Assembly: GCA_937922225.1 (NCBI GenBank)
Contig: CAKZUZ010000012.1
Span: forward strand, 62,079-126,078
DNA from: an uncultured Collinsella sp.
Lineage (GTDB): Bacteria > Actinomycetota > Coriobacteriia > Coriobacteriales > Coriobacteriaceae
Direction: 5' to 3'
DNA length: 64,000 nt
Below the pieces are notes generated by a model, which was not told where the DNA came from, made no database searches, and saw only the letters and a program-made list of their open reading frames with translations. Position numbers and translations under genes: made by a program. The stretch's first letter is position 1, and every line of letters starts with the position of its first letter. Below, piece by piece: positions 1 through 9,469 of the stretch.

Positions 1-213
1 CTCCACCACCTTGACGCCGTCCATATCGGGCAGGCCCAGATCGAGCAGCACAATGCTCGGCGCCTGCGACGAGGCGGCGGCGATGGCAGCATGTGCGGTC
101 TCCACGGCCATATGGCGCAAGCCGTGCGCCTCGAGCGCGGCGACGATAAGGTTGCGGACGGCGGGATCGTCCTCAACGACCAAGATGAGCGGTTTCACGG
201 CAGAGTTCGGCAC
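1..213 (-). CDS. kdpE: KdpE-like response regulator, N-terminal receiver domain (runs off the window start)
   Basis: Manual translation from GTG at 213 (SD AAGGAG upstream): MPNSAVKPLILVVEDDPAVRNLI...IVLLDLGLPDMDG. Lies directly downstream of the KdpD-like kinase. Confidence 0.85.
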   Translation of the reverse strand, partial: MPNSAVKPLILVVEDDPAVRNLIVAALEAHGLRHMAVETAHAAIAAASSQAPSIVLLDLGLPDMDGVKVVE

Positions 214-217
214 GGCG

Positions 218-1843
218 CTACTCCTTATCAAACGAAACGTCGGCGGCGGGAAGCTCAATCGTAAAGACCGAGCCGTGCGGGTCCGCCGCGGCAACCTCTA
301 TGCTACCGCCATGCGCCAGCGCAATGGAGCGGCAGAGCGAAAGCCCCAGGCCCACACTGCGTCGGCTATCGGCCAAACCATGGTTGGCGGTGTAGAACGA
401 CTCAAAGATACGCTCGCGGTCCTCGGGAGCAATGCCCGGGCCGTCATCGGCCACCGAGCACGCCACGCATCCATCATGGACGCCAATCGAGATCACGATA
501 TGCGAGCCTGCGGGCGTATAGGTAATGGCGTTGTTCACCAGATTGACCACCAGCTGCACCATCAGGCGCGCGTCGACGTTGACGAGCGCCGGCTCATCGC
601 ACGCCACTACCTTAAGGTCGTGCTCACGTACGGCCGGGTTTACGTGGCGCAGCGCCTCCTCGACGATATCGTCCATGAGCTCGAGCGTGGTCGACAGATG
701 CATGCCGCCGCCCTCGAGCTTGGTAATGGCGAGCATGTTCTCGACGGTGGCGTTGAGCCATTGCGCGTCCGAGCGAATGGATAGGAGCAGGCCGCGGCGC
801 GTCTGGTCGTCGAGCACGGCCGTGCCAGTCGAGCCCTGGTCGAGCAACACGTCGGCATTGCCCGAGATACTGGTAAGCGGCGTGCGCAGATCGTGCGAGA
901 TGGAGCGCAGCAAGTTGGCACGCAGCTGCTCGTTTTTAGCGAGCACCGCCGCCTCCTCGCGGGCCTCCATGGCGCGGGCGCGATCGAGAGCCAGCTCGCC
1001 TTCGCTCACGATGGCATCGGCAAGCGTCCGCTCCTCGGGCGTCAGCGCATCGGGCTCGGCGACAATGGCGAACACCCCCACCACCGAGGCGGGATCGCCC
1101 GCGCGCACCATGGTGTCGCCCGAGCGCACGGTCAGGTATATGCCGTAGAACGCCGAGGCACCATAGGTGGCATCGAGCGGCGTTCCCACATAGGCGGACG
1201 CCGAGAGCCGCGGCGGCATCTGCGGCGCCAGCTGGTGTACCGGCGCGGCATCGCCCACGGCCGTGTACGTCGTGCGCGGCAGCAGGTCATCGTTATCGGC
1301 ATCGGCGCTATACCACACGACCGGACAGTCCGAAAGACGCGCCAGCTGCGTTGCCATAGCGTGCACAATCTGTTGCTGATCGCCACACCGCTGCAGCATG
1401 CGGTTGGTCTCGAGCACCATCTGCGTGCGACGGTCGCTGGCGGCAGCCTGTGCCAAGGCGCGGCGCAGGGCCAACGCAATCGAGCTCGATACGAGCGAGA
1501 CCGCAAACATGATAAAGAACATGCCGGGATAGACGCGGTCGATAAACGACAGCGCGTAGCGCGGGTCGACAAACAAGAAGTTGTAGAGCGCCACGGCGGC
1601 AGCCGAGCTCAGCAGGCAGTACAGGCGGCTCCAGGTAAAGAAAGCGCACAGCTGCACGGCGAACACATAGACGATCATGATGCTCGGCGCGAGCCCCGGA
1701 TGGTCGAGCAGCGCGCCCACAATCGTTGCCGCGGCTAGCAGCCCCGCCGATACGCAGGCGTCATACAGAGGGCTGCGACGCGTCAGCGTTGTACGCCGCC
1801 ACCAAAAGTTCTCGGCAATATCGCCGTCCGCACGGACATCCAT
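218..1843 (-). CDS. kdpD: KdpD-like sensor histidine kinase (4 TM + GAF-like + HisKA/HATPase; no N-terminal KdpD/Usp domains)
   Basis: LRANLLRSISHDLRTPLTSI H-box, NLVNNA, DDGPGI, GLGLSLC, and YNFLFVDPRY in the TM region. Confidence 0.85.
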   Translation of the reverse strand: MDVRADGDIAENFWWRRTTLTRRSPLYDACVSAGLLAAATIVGALLDHPGLAPSIMIVYVFAVQLCAFFTWSRLYCLLSSAAAVALYNFLFVDPRYALSFIDRVYPGMFFIMFAVSLVSSSIALALRRALAQAAASDRRTQMVLETNRMLQRCGDQQQIVHAMATQLARLSDCPVVWYSADADNDDLLPRTTYTAVGDAAPVHQLAPQMPPRLSASAYVGTPLDATYGASAFYGIYLTVRSGDTMVRAGDPASVVGVFAIVAEPDALTPEERTLADAIVSEGELALDRARAMEAREEAAVLAKNEQLRANLLRSISHDLRTPLTSISGNADVLLDQGSTGTAVLDDQTRRGLLLSIRSDAQWLNATVENMLAITKLEGGGMHLSTTLELMDDIVEEALRHVNPAVREHDLKVVACDEPALVNVDARLMVQLVVNLVNNAITYTPAGSHIVISIGVHDGCVACSVADDGPGIAPEDRERIFESFYTANHGLADSRRSVGLGLSLCRSIALAHGGSIEVAAADPHGSVFTIELPAADVSFDKE

Positions 1844-1872
1844 CAGCGCCCCGCCCCTCTCTCAAAAACAAA

Positions 1873-1909
1873 AACCACCACAAAGGGGACTGGCACCTTT
1901 GCGGTGGTT
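1873..1909. repeat. REP-like palindrome with GGGACTG core (similar copy at 50858-50894)
   Basis: aaccaccacaaagg-ggactggca-cctttgcggtggtt versus aaccaccacaatgg-gaacaggca-cctttgtggtggct. Confidence 0.6.
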
Positions 1910-1979
1910 GCCTCCTTGTGGTGGTTCCAAGTGTATAGCCTTTGCAGCCTGCGGTCGTTAGACAAACAGCAGACGTCGA

Positions 1980-4025
1980 CTACGGCCGCTCGTTGGGGGC
2001 CAGGCGCTGCATCTTGTTCACGGCCTTGAACTTGGTGAACAGCGGCACGTACTCAAAGCTCACGTTGGAGTTCTCCAGGCCGTACCAACGCGCAGGCGTG
2101 CCGGCGGCGCGGCGGATGATGTACTTGAGCGTGATGGCCGTACGCTCGCTCGGCTCCACATCGCTTTCGGGCGCCAGAAGCTTACGGATCAGGACGAACT
2201 TGAACGTGCCGATGTTACCCGGATCCTTGTAGACCGAGTAGTCATGCGTCTGCGGCGGCAGCTCGCCGGTGGCAGCCAGGTCCTGAACGACCTGACGCAG
2301 GTAGGCATTGACGCGCTGGTTGATCTTGTAGCCCAGGTACAGATGCACGCGGAACACGTAATCGGTGCCGAACGTCTCGACCGAATAGGCAAAGGTGTGC
2401 GGTTCGTCCATGGTCTCGACATTCACAAACCACCAGGCGCGGGCGCGCTTGGGATGCTTGTCCAAGATCGAATAGACGATATCGCGGTCGATGTAGTCGG
2501 TATGGGTGTCCTTGGTCAGGTACACGACGTTGTCGCTCATGCGCTCATAGCGATCGTCGTCGCGCAGGCGCTTGAGCTGCGGCAGGTAGCTGCGCAGCGG
2601 CAGCAGCGTAAACTGGCGCTGCTCGACCGCCGTGCCGTTGTACCAGCACACCATAATGCCCATGATGAGTGCAGCCATGAGGATGGTGAAGTAGCCGCCG
2701 TGGAAGAACTTGGTGAGCGAGCTCACGAAGAAGAAGCCTTCGAGCAAAAGGAAGAAGGCCGCGAAGATCCACGGAGCAACCTTGAGCTTGCGCTCCTCGT
2801 GCAGGTAGAAGAAGAGCAGCAGCGTGGTGCACATCATAGTCAGCGTAATGGCAAGGCCGTAGGCGGCTTCCATATGCGCCGAGTTCTGGAACAGCAGCAC
2901 CACGATGACGCAGCCGACAAGCATGACGTTGTTGACCATGGGGATGTAGAGCTGGCCCTTGGTCTCGGCAGGGTAGAAGACCTGCATGTGCGGCATAAGG
3001 TCCAGGCGGCTGGCCTCGGACACCAGCGAAAACGCGCCGGTGATGAGCGCCTGCGAGGCAATGATGGCCGCGACGGTGGAAAGGCCTACGGCAAACGGGC
3101 GCAGGCCCGGGGCGAGCATCTGGTAGAACGGGTTGAGGTCGGCAATGCCCATGAGCTCGGGGTTGGCAGCGTTGTTCATAAGCCAAGCGCCCTGACCCAT
3201 ATAGGACAGCAGCAGGCAGCACTTAACGAATGGCCAGGTAGCGTAGATGTTGCCGCGGCCGACGTGGCCCATGTCGGAGTAGAGCGCCTCGGCACCGGTG
3301 GTGGCGAGGAAGCAGCTGCCCAGAATCATGATGCCCGCGTGGTTGTTGGGGCTCAGCAAAAAGGCGATGCCGCGCAGCGGGTTGAGGCACAGCAGCACGG
3401 CGGGGTGCTGGAATACAAAAAACAGACCCGTGCCGCCCAGGAACAGGAACCACAGCGTCATGATGGGGCCAAAGGCGTGACCGATCTTGGCCGTACCGAT
3501 GCGCTGCACCAAAAAGAGCGCGATGATGATGGCGAGCGTAATGGCGACGACGCGACCCTGGTCATCGCCCAGCACGGCATGGACCGCCGGGATGGTGCGC
3601 AGGCCCTCGATGGCCGTGGTAACGGTAACGGCCGGCGTCAGGATGCCGTCGGCGAGAAGCGCGGCGCCACCCAGCATGGCGGGGATGATAAGCCACTTGC
3701 CGCAGCGCTTGACCAGGCTGTACAGGGCAAAGATGCCGCCCTCACCATGGTTATCGGCGCGCAGCGAGATGAGCACATACTTGATGGTGGTCAGCAACGT
3801 GACCGTCCACACGACAAGGGAGAGCGCGCCGAGCACGAACTCCTCCGTGACGCTTCCGATGCCGCCGTTGCCGGCAACGAGCGCCTTGGTTACATACATA
3901 GGGCTGGTGCCGATATCGCCGTACACCACGCCCAGCGTGACGAGCATCGCCGAGATGCTCACAGGAATCGCAGCGTGCGAGGCTGCCTCCTTGACCTTTT
4001 GTTCCATAAGCCGGTTTCCTCCCAA
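1980..4025 (-). CDS. kup: KUP/HAK/KT potassium uptake transporter (start may be ATG at 4007)
   Basis: GVVYGDIGTSPMY, ADNHGEGGIFALY and TGAEALYSDMGH signature motifs. Confidence 0.95.
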   Translation of the reverse strand: MGGNRLMEQKVKEAASHAAIPVSISAMLVTLGVVYGDIGTSPMYVTKALVAGNGGIGSVTEEFVLGALSLVVWTVTLLTTIKYVLISLRADNHGEGGIFALYSLVKRCGKWLIIPAMLGGAALLADGILTPAVTVTTAIEGLRTIPAVHAVLGDDQGRVVAITLAIIIALFLVQRIGTAKIGHAFGPIMTLWFLFLGGTGLFFVFQHPAVLLCLNPLRGIAFLLSPNNHAGIMILGSCFLATTGAEALYSDMGHVGRGNIYATWPFVKCCLLLSYMGQGAWLMNNAANPELMGIADLNPFYQMLAPGLRPFAVGLSTVAAIIASQALITGAFSLVSEASRLDLMPHMQVFYPAETKGQLYIPMVNNVMLVGCVIVVLLFQNSAHMEAAYGLAITLTMMCTTLLLFFYLHEERKLKVAPWIFAAFFLLLEGFFFVSSLTKFFHGGYFTILMAALIMGIMVCWYNGTAVEQRQFTLLPLRSYLPQLKRLRDDDRYERMSDNVVYLTKDTHTDYIDRDIVYSILDKHPKRARAWWFVNVETMDEPHTFAYSVETFGTDYVFRVHLYLGYKINQRVNAYLRQVVQDLAATGELPPQTHDYSVYKDPGNIGTFKFVLIRKLLAPESDVEPSERTAITLKYIIRRAAGTPARWYGLENSNVSFEYVPLFTKFKAVNKMQRLAPNERP

Positions 4026-4042
4026 CTTTAATGTTCGAGGGG

Positions 4043-4113
4043 ATTATAGGTAATCGGCCCATGTTTTAACGCACTGTTTTCCCAGCTAGATAAACATTTA
4101 TACAGTCTTTAGG
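4043..4113 (-). promoter_or_regulatory. Putative kup promoter: TATAAT -10 (4043-4048) and a possible KdpE-box-like TTTATA-N5-TTTAGG (4097-4113, + strand)
   Basis: The -10 is a perfect match. The T-rich direct repeat resembles the E. coli KdpE site TTTATA-N5-TTTACA but points the opposite way to kup. Confidence 0.4.
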
Positions 4114-4131
4114 CTACTGCGGCGATATGGA

Positions 4132-4162
4132 ATGTGGTAAAGGGACTGTCCCTTTACCACAT
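4132..4162. repeat. Perfect 15-bp palindrome with GGGACTGTCCC core (REP-like; may also act as a terminator)
   Basis: atgtggtaaagggac-t-gtccctttaccacat, immediately after the nitroreductase stop. Confidence 0.65.
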
Positions 4163-4165
4163 CTG

Positions 4166-5041
4166 TCATTTTCCGAGCCAGTTTTTGAACCACCACTCCA
4201 TGGAGCGGCTCATCTCGGCCATAAAGGGGCTCGTGTGCTTGCGGGTGTAGATATCCACGATGCGCTCGCCCACCTCGCGGGCATGCGGGCGAAACATCGC
4301 GTCCATCTCGGCCACCTGCGCGTCCATGGTCGCGGCGTCCGCACGGCAGTAGCGCTCCTCGTGCACCAGGTTCACCACGGGGTGCGCGATTGCCGGGCGC
4401 TCTTTGCGAGGCGTGCCGATGATGAGCATCGACAGCGGCATGGTATACGGAGGCAGATCCAGCAGCTCGGCCACTTCCTCGGCATTCTCGATAACATCGC
4501 CGATATAGCAGCTCCCCAGCCCCAGAGCCTCGGCGGCGACCACGGCATTTTGCGCGGCGATCACGGCGTCCTGCGCCGCGATGGCAAAGTCGCCCAGACC
4601 CGGCGCACGACGGGGCGCCTTGCCCGTACGCTCGACAAACTCGGGCTCAAAGCAGCCCACGTGCTCAAACAGATCGATCCACTTGGCATAGTCGACCACA
4701 AATATAAGTGCCCAGGGCGCCTTGGCGATCATGGGCTGATGGTCGCACAGGTCGGCCAGGCGGTCGAGCGTGGCCTGCTCGCGAATGCTCACGATGGAAT
4801 ACATCATCATGGCGCCCGCCGACGGCGCACGGCTCGCCGCATGCAAAATCGCTGCCCGCTGCTCGTCGGTCACCGCCACAGGACGGTCGTCGTCATCACG
4901 TGCGAAGGCACGCGTAGACGAGCGATGCTCCAAGATGTCCAGCACTGCATTGCCCGTAGTCTCGACCGGATAGCCGTACACATCTACGCCCGCAGCTCCG
5001 CCGCAGTACTCGGCGCCCGTCATACAAACCTGCTCACCCAT
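4166..5041 (-). CDS. Nitroreductase, NfsA/NfrA-like
   Basis: HRSSTRAF, APSAG, DAVIAAQNAVVAAEALGLGSCYIG. Confidence 0.9.
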   Translation of the reverse strand: MGEQVCMTGAEYCGGAAGVDVYGYPVETTGNAVLDILEHRSSTRAFARDDDDRPVAVTDEQRAAILHAASRAPSAGAMMMYSIVSIREQATLDRLADLCDHQPMIAKAPWALIFVVDYAKWIDLFEHVGCFEPEFVERTGKAPRRAPGLGDFAIAAQDAVIAAQNAVVAAEALGLGSCYIGDVIENAEEVAELLDLPPYTMPLSMLIIGTPRKERPAIAHPVVNLVHEERYCRADAATMDAQVAEMDAMFRPHAREVGERIVDIYTRKHTSPFMAEMSRSMEWWFKNWLGK

Positions 5042-5239
5042 AGCTCTATCCTCGCCATTTCTTTAAGAAGCCTTTACGTTTCCGTGTAATTCCCGTCCAT
5101 TATCGCGCAGGTCGCCACTACATTGCGCCACACTGCCATACGCGCGCGTTATTATGGCTGGTTGTTGTACGCGGCCGTCAAATGCTGCGCATATCTTGGT
5201 AACAATCGGGTAAATCCCCGCTTTCGTAGGTTTTAGTTT

Positions 5240-7555
5240 GTGAGGAGTCTCAGCATGTTCGCTGCCGCCATCTCGCTCGTCGGTCTTGCGGCGACCGTCT
5301 ACCTTGTCTTGCGCGAGGCCAAGGCCATTCGCGCACAGTCGGGCACCGTTGCCAAAAGCGCTCTTGGGTGGAGCGTCGTCTTCGGCCTGTTCCAGCTCTT
5401 TTTGACCGTCTGGGGCGCTATTGGCCTCGTCGCCCAAAACGAGCCGCTCGCCTTTGTGATGCTCATCCTGACCAACGCCATCCTCACCGGCTGCGCTTGG
5501 GCCAGCATCGCCCGCGACCGCATCGCCCCGCGCGTCTTTGCGTTCGCCTCGGCCGACGCCCCCGCCCCCACCGGCAAGCTCGCCCGCCTGCGCGGTGCCT
5601 TTGTGGGCCGCCCGCTCGTCGCCGCCGTCTTGTGCCTGCTGCTTGCCGGTGTCTTTGCGCTGCTGGGCATGGAGGTCTCGTCCAACCACGACTTTACCTG
5701 GGTCTACCCCCTGTGCATCCTGCTCGAGTGGGCCATCATCACCGTGCTCATGACCGGCTTGTTCTTCCTATTCCAGCGCCACGGCGCAGCTCCCGCGGTC
5801 CTGGCCTTTGCCCTCTTTGTCCTGGGCATTGCCGAGTTCTTCGTCATCACGTTTAAATCCATGCCGATCCAGCCGGGCGACCTTTCGGCCATCTCCACCG
5901 CCGCCGCGGTCGCCGGCAACGGCTACACCTTCTCGATCTCGCTGTTCTGCGTGCTGTCCATGAGCTTTACCGCCATCGCCATGCTGCTGTGCGAGTACGC
6001 CGGCCTGGTCGCGCCGCACCGTCAGAAGGGCACCGCCAACGCCAAGCGCATGCTGCTCACCAACCTGCTCGTGGCGGTGCTGTGCCTGGGCGGCGTGACC
6101 GCGCATGTCACGCTCATCGACTACTACAACACCCTCGGCATCACCGTCTACACCTGGCGCCCGCTCGAGAGCTACTGGCGCGAGGGCTACCTGCCCGCTT
6201 TCATTAGCGCAGCGCAGTCCATTAAGCCGCCCAAACCCGCCGACTACTCCGTCGACGATGCCAAGGCCACGCTCAAAAAGTACGCCAAGGCCTACGACAA
6301 GTCCGACGCCGCCAAGAGCGACGAGCGCACCGCCGCAAAGGAGCAATTCGACAGCGAGAAGCCCACGGTCATCGCCATCATGAACGAGACCTTCTCGGAC
6401 CTGTCCATCTACCAGAACATGCGCGCCGGCTACGAGGGCCCGCAGTACTTTAAGAGCCTGTCCAACTGCCTCAGCCGCGGCAAGCTTTATGTGAGCGCCT
6501 ACGGCGGCGGCACGGCCAATACCGAGTTTGAGTTTATGACCGGCAACTCCATGGCCAACCTGGGTTCGGGCGTGTACCCCTACACCATCTACAACATGGA
6601 GACGACCGGGAACCTGGCAGAGCAGTTCAAATCGCTCGGATATTCCACCACGGCCATGCACCCCAACCACGCCACCAACTGGAACCGCGAGAACGTCTAT
6701 AAGGACTTTGGCTTTGACCAGTTCCTGTCCATCAACGATTTCCAAGGCGCCGATACCCTGCGCGGCATGGTGACCGACCAGGCGACCTACGACAAGATTC
6801 TTGAGCTGCTCGACCAGAACGCCGATCCGCAGTTTATCTTCGACGTGACCATGCAGAACCACTCGGGCTACGACACGGGCCTGCTGCCGGTCGACAAGCA
6901 GATGCACCTGAACATCGACACGACCGACCTGGACGCCAAGACCGTCGAGGACGGCACGCTCTCCGATGTCGACGAGTATGTCTCGTGCATCGAGCAGTCC
7001 GACCAGGCGCTGCGCTACTTCCTTAACGCCTTGAGCAGGCTTGACCGCAAGGTGGTCGTGGTGTTCTGGGGCGACCATCAGCCGTTCTTCCCGTCCAAGT
7101 TCAATGACAAGTGGTTTACCAACGAGGACGACGCCACGCACCAGGAGCGTCTGTGGCAGACCGACTACATCATCTGGGCCAACTACGACGTTGCCGGCTG
7201 CGACCAGACAAGCGAGGTCGACGACTTGTCCACCAACTACCTGTCCACGCAGCTTATGCAGTTGATCGGCGCACCGCTGTCCGACTACCAGAAGGCGCAC
7301 ATGACGCTGCGCAAGTCGCTGCCCGCCATCAACTCGGTCGGCTACGAGGACGCCAGCCTGCGCTGGGCGCTCTCCTCCAACGTCACCGGTGACGACGCCG
7401 CTGCCGCAGCCGCCACCAAGGCGCGCGAGGATTACGCCAAGATGCAGTATTACGAGATGTTCCGCGACGGCAAGAACGTGTATACCGAGCACTTCCAGAC
7501 CGAGGCCAACGAGACCGACCCCAACCTGGCACCGGGTACGACCAAGATCAAGTAG
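5240..7555 (+). CDS. LTA synthase family / membrane sulfatase-like protein (likely ATG start at 5256)
   Basis: Multi-TM N-terminus, IMNETFSD, GGGTANTEFEFMTG, TMQNH, WGDHQP. Confidence 0.9.
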   Translation: MRSLSMFAAAISLVGLAATVYLVLREAKAIRAQSGTVAKSALGWSVVFGLFQLFLTVWGAIGLVAQNEPLAFVMLILTNAILTGCAWASIARDRIAPRVFAFASADAPAPTGKLARLRGAFVGRPLVAAVLCLLLAGVFALLGMEVSSNHDFTWVYPLCILLEWAIITVLMTGLFFLFQRHGAAPAVLAFALFVLGIAEFFVITFKSMPIQPGDLSAISTAAAVAGNGYTFSISLFCVLSMSFTAIAMLLCEYAGLVAPHRQKGTANAKRMLLTNLLVAVLCLGGVTAHVTLIDYYNTLGITVYTWRPLESYWREGYLPAFISAAQSIKPPKPADYSVDDAKATLKKYAKAYDKSDAAKSDERTAAKEQFDSEKPTVIAIMNETFSDLSIYQNMRAGYEGPQYFKSLSNCLSRGKLYVSAYGGGTANTEFEFMTGNSMANLGSGVYPYTIYNMETTGNLAEQFKSLGYSTTAMHPNHATNWNRENVYKDFGFDQFLSINDFQGADTLRGMVTDQATYDKILELLDQNADPQFIFDVTMQNHSGYDTGLLPVDKQMHLNIDTTDLDAKTVEDGTLSDVDEYVSCIEQSDQALRYFLNALSRLDRKVVVVFWGDHQPFFPSKFNDKWFTNEDDATHQERLWQTDYIIWANYDVAGCDQTSEVDDLSTNYLSTQLMQLIGAPLSDYQKAHMTLRKSLPAINSVGYEDASLRWALSSNVTGDDAAAAAATKAREDYAKMQYYEMFRDGKNVYTEHFQTEANETDPNLAPGTTKIK

Positions 7556-7574
7556 CGGGTCGCTCATAACTGAA

Positions 7575-7706
7575 GCGTCTGTCCGGGCGGAGGCATATAA
7601 GGTTCCCTGCTCGGACAGTCCTGCGCAAGACGAAGGCCACATTAAGTGGCCTCCTTTGCGTGCGGAACTCGCGATGAACCTTATATGCCTCCGCCCGGAC
7701 AGACGC
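7575..7706 (+). repeat. Structured palindromic element, family A, copy 1
   Basis: Perfect 31-bp inverted arms (7575-7605 / 7676-7706) around the core CTGCTC..ACAGTCCTGC..stem-ATTAA-stem..CGTGCGGAACTCGCGA. Confidence 0.85.
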
Positions 7707-7792
7707 CTTGTTGTTGGAGCACGGCTTGTCATGGGGGCATCCGCTGAACATATATAAGTTGAAGGCCACGTCATGTGGCCTTTTTTGCATCC

Positions 7793-8058
7793 GGAAGCCG
7801 TATCCCAGAATTCACGTCCGGAATGGGATGCAGTTTCCGCTTACGGCCCCGTTGGGAAACTGTATCCCATTCCGATTGCAAATTCCGGGTCGCATTTTCC
7901 ACCAGAGCCCTCAACCGGAAACCGCATCCCATTCCAAAGCCAAATTCCGGGACGCACTTTCCGAAACGCCGCGCATTCGGAAAGTGCGTCCCGCTCTGAA
8001 TACATCCGGACATGGAATATCCGCTTATTAGGCCTTCCATCAATAAAGGGGCGCCCTC
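7793..8058 (+). repeat. 62-bp-period array of alternating inverted 15-mers (GGAAACCGCATCCCA / YGGGAYGCASTTTCC); left direct repeat of the SipW region
   Basis: Seven half-sites separated by 16-bp spacers. Ends in a 36-bp sequence (8023-8058) identical to 17770-17805. Confidence 0.85.
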
Positions 8059-8178
8059 CCGAGCGGCGGGCTCGAAGTTCATCGCGAGTTCCGCACGCAA
8101 AGAAGGCCACTTAATGTGGCCTTCTTCTTGTGCAGGACTGTAGAGCAGGGAACTTCGTGCCCGCCGCCCGGGAGGGCG
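8052..8178 (-). repeat. Structured palindromic element, family A, copy 2
   Basis: 29-bp arms with 2 mismatches, different in sequence from copy 1, around the same core on the minus strand. Confidence 0.85.
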
Positions 8179-8197
8179 TTGCGTTTAGAAGATGGAC

Positions 8198-8896
8198 CTA
8201 GCGCTTATCCCTCCGGGACAAAAGTAGCGCGGCTATAAAAGCGATGCTGGCAAGAGTTAGCAAAACTAAAAGCAACGTGAGCGTGTTGTCGCCCGTTGCC
8301 GCCAGACCAAGCAAGCCGGGCTTCTTGCTGTCAGCAGACTGCACGGGAATCTTCTCGCCATCGTCCTCGGCGGTAATCTCCCAGCGAATGGTCTTGTTTG
8401 CGTCGGCAAGCTCGTTGCCCACCGACGTCGGGACACTTAGTTGCAAATTGAGTACCGTGCTGCCATCGCTCGTAAACGTTGCGACCTGCGTGGGATAGGC
8501 AAACACGCTGCCCGGCGTTCCCGTCTGGAGCCAACCGGCAGACGCATCGGCCGCCGACGCCGTTAGGGTAATGGGCGACAGCAGATGTGCCGTCTCGTGA
8601 TCGACAACAGCCCGCACAAACACACGTACCTGGGACTTTACACCCGTGGCACGAACCCCAATCTGTTGCTCGCGTACATCGCCGGGCATTAGATCTTTAA
8701 AGGCTGGAAACAGATCGGGCTCCCCCGAGGAGTCCGTCGCTCCCGATACCGTTAGCTGGCGTGCATTTCCGTCATAGGCAATCGTGGGAACGTCAGCAAA
8801 CGCACGTGCAGGAACGGCAAGCGCGATAAGGCAGACGATTGCCGCCATCACGCAGCGCAAGGAACACACAACGTCTTTACGAATCGGAGAAGCCAT
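8198..8896 (-). CDS. TasA/CalY-like domain protein with sortase-type anchor (LAATG + TM + RRDKR); putative pilus base
   Basis: Ordinary AxA signal peptide (..PARAFA), FKDLMPGD and VGNELAD..WEITAE TasA-like motifs, and a C-terminal sorting signal. Confidence 0.7.
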   Translation of the reverse strand: MASPIRKDVVCSLRCVMAAIVCLIALAVPARAFADVPTIAYDGNARQLTVSGATDSSGEPDLFPAFKDLMPGDVREQQIGVRATGVKSQVRVFVRAVVDHETAHLLSPITLTASAADASAGWLQTGTPGSVFAYPTQVATFTSDGSTVLNLQLSVPTSVGNELADANKTIRWEITAEDDGEKIPVQSADSKKPGLLGLAATGDNTLTLLLVLLTLASIAFIAALLLSRRDKR

Positions 8897-8898
8897 AC

Positions 8899-9468
8899 CT
8901 ACGCACCTCCATGCGGCGGCACCAGCACGCCATCCTTGACTGTACAGCCCCATGCCTCTGCAACTGCATCGTCGGGCGTGGATTGAATTGCTTGGGTCGA
9001 AATGTCAACGACCAGGTTCTTCCCATCTGCCTTCTGCTCAGTCACGCTCTTGATGAGCACATCGGTTTTGCCCATCGGAGCAACGGGAGACGTCCAGTAG
9101 TAGTACCCGTCGGACGCGACAACCCAAGACGAGGCGGTGTTGGAAGCAGATGCCTTGGACACACTGCCCCAGTCAATGACGTAGTCGGTGCCGGCAACTG
9201 GCTCATCCCACAGGCGTGCGCCATCCTGGTCCTGCCAGTAGATATCCACTGCAGCACGAATATAGGCGGGCGCAGTACCCGTGTTCTTCGCCTTGACATC
9301 GCTTTTCACTTTGCCGTTGAGCGTTTCCTGAACCGATGGCGTCACCGATCCGATGCCGAACTGGTTGACCAGCACGCCCGTAACCGAAAGCCAGGCCAAC
9401 GTGCCTGCCGTACCGGCCAGGAGGATAACCCCCACCAGCAAGGCGATGATGCGCTTGCGCTTGGACAT
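8899..9468 (-). CDS. SipW-dependent signal peptide protein (minor TasA-like subunit)
   Basis: MSKRKR..AGTLA|WLSVTGVLVNQFGIG, KNTGTAPAYIRA, DGYYYW, ISTQAIQ. Confidence 0.8.
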   Translation of the reverse strand: MSKRKRIIALLVGVILLAGTAGTLAWLSVTGVLVNQFGIGSVTPSVQETLNGKVKSDVKAKNTGTAPAYIRAAVDIYWQDQDGARLWDEPVAGTDYVIDWGSVSKASASNTASSWVVASDGYYYWTSPVAPMGKTDVLIKSVTEQKADGKNLVVDISTQAIQSTPDDAVAEAWGCTVKDGVLVPPHGGA

Positions 9469-9469
9469 G

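Noticed and set aside
4026..4130. c-di-AMP riboswitch upstream of kup
   Set aside because: The leader after the -10 is too short and no motif is recognisable.
7562..7720. Integron attC site (family A hairpins)
   Set aside because: No consistent RYYYAAC/GTTRRRY ends across copies, no cassette array and no integrase.
7793..8058. CRISPR array (also 17477-17805)
   Set aside because: Repeats alternate in orientation, spacers are only 16 bp and homologous between the two arrays, and there are no cas genes.
7548..8114. Short ORFs across the repeat region (also 17484-17987)
   Set aside because: They are translations of palindromic or periodic repeats in several frames, without SD or codon bias.
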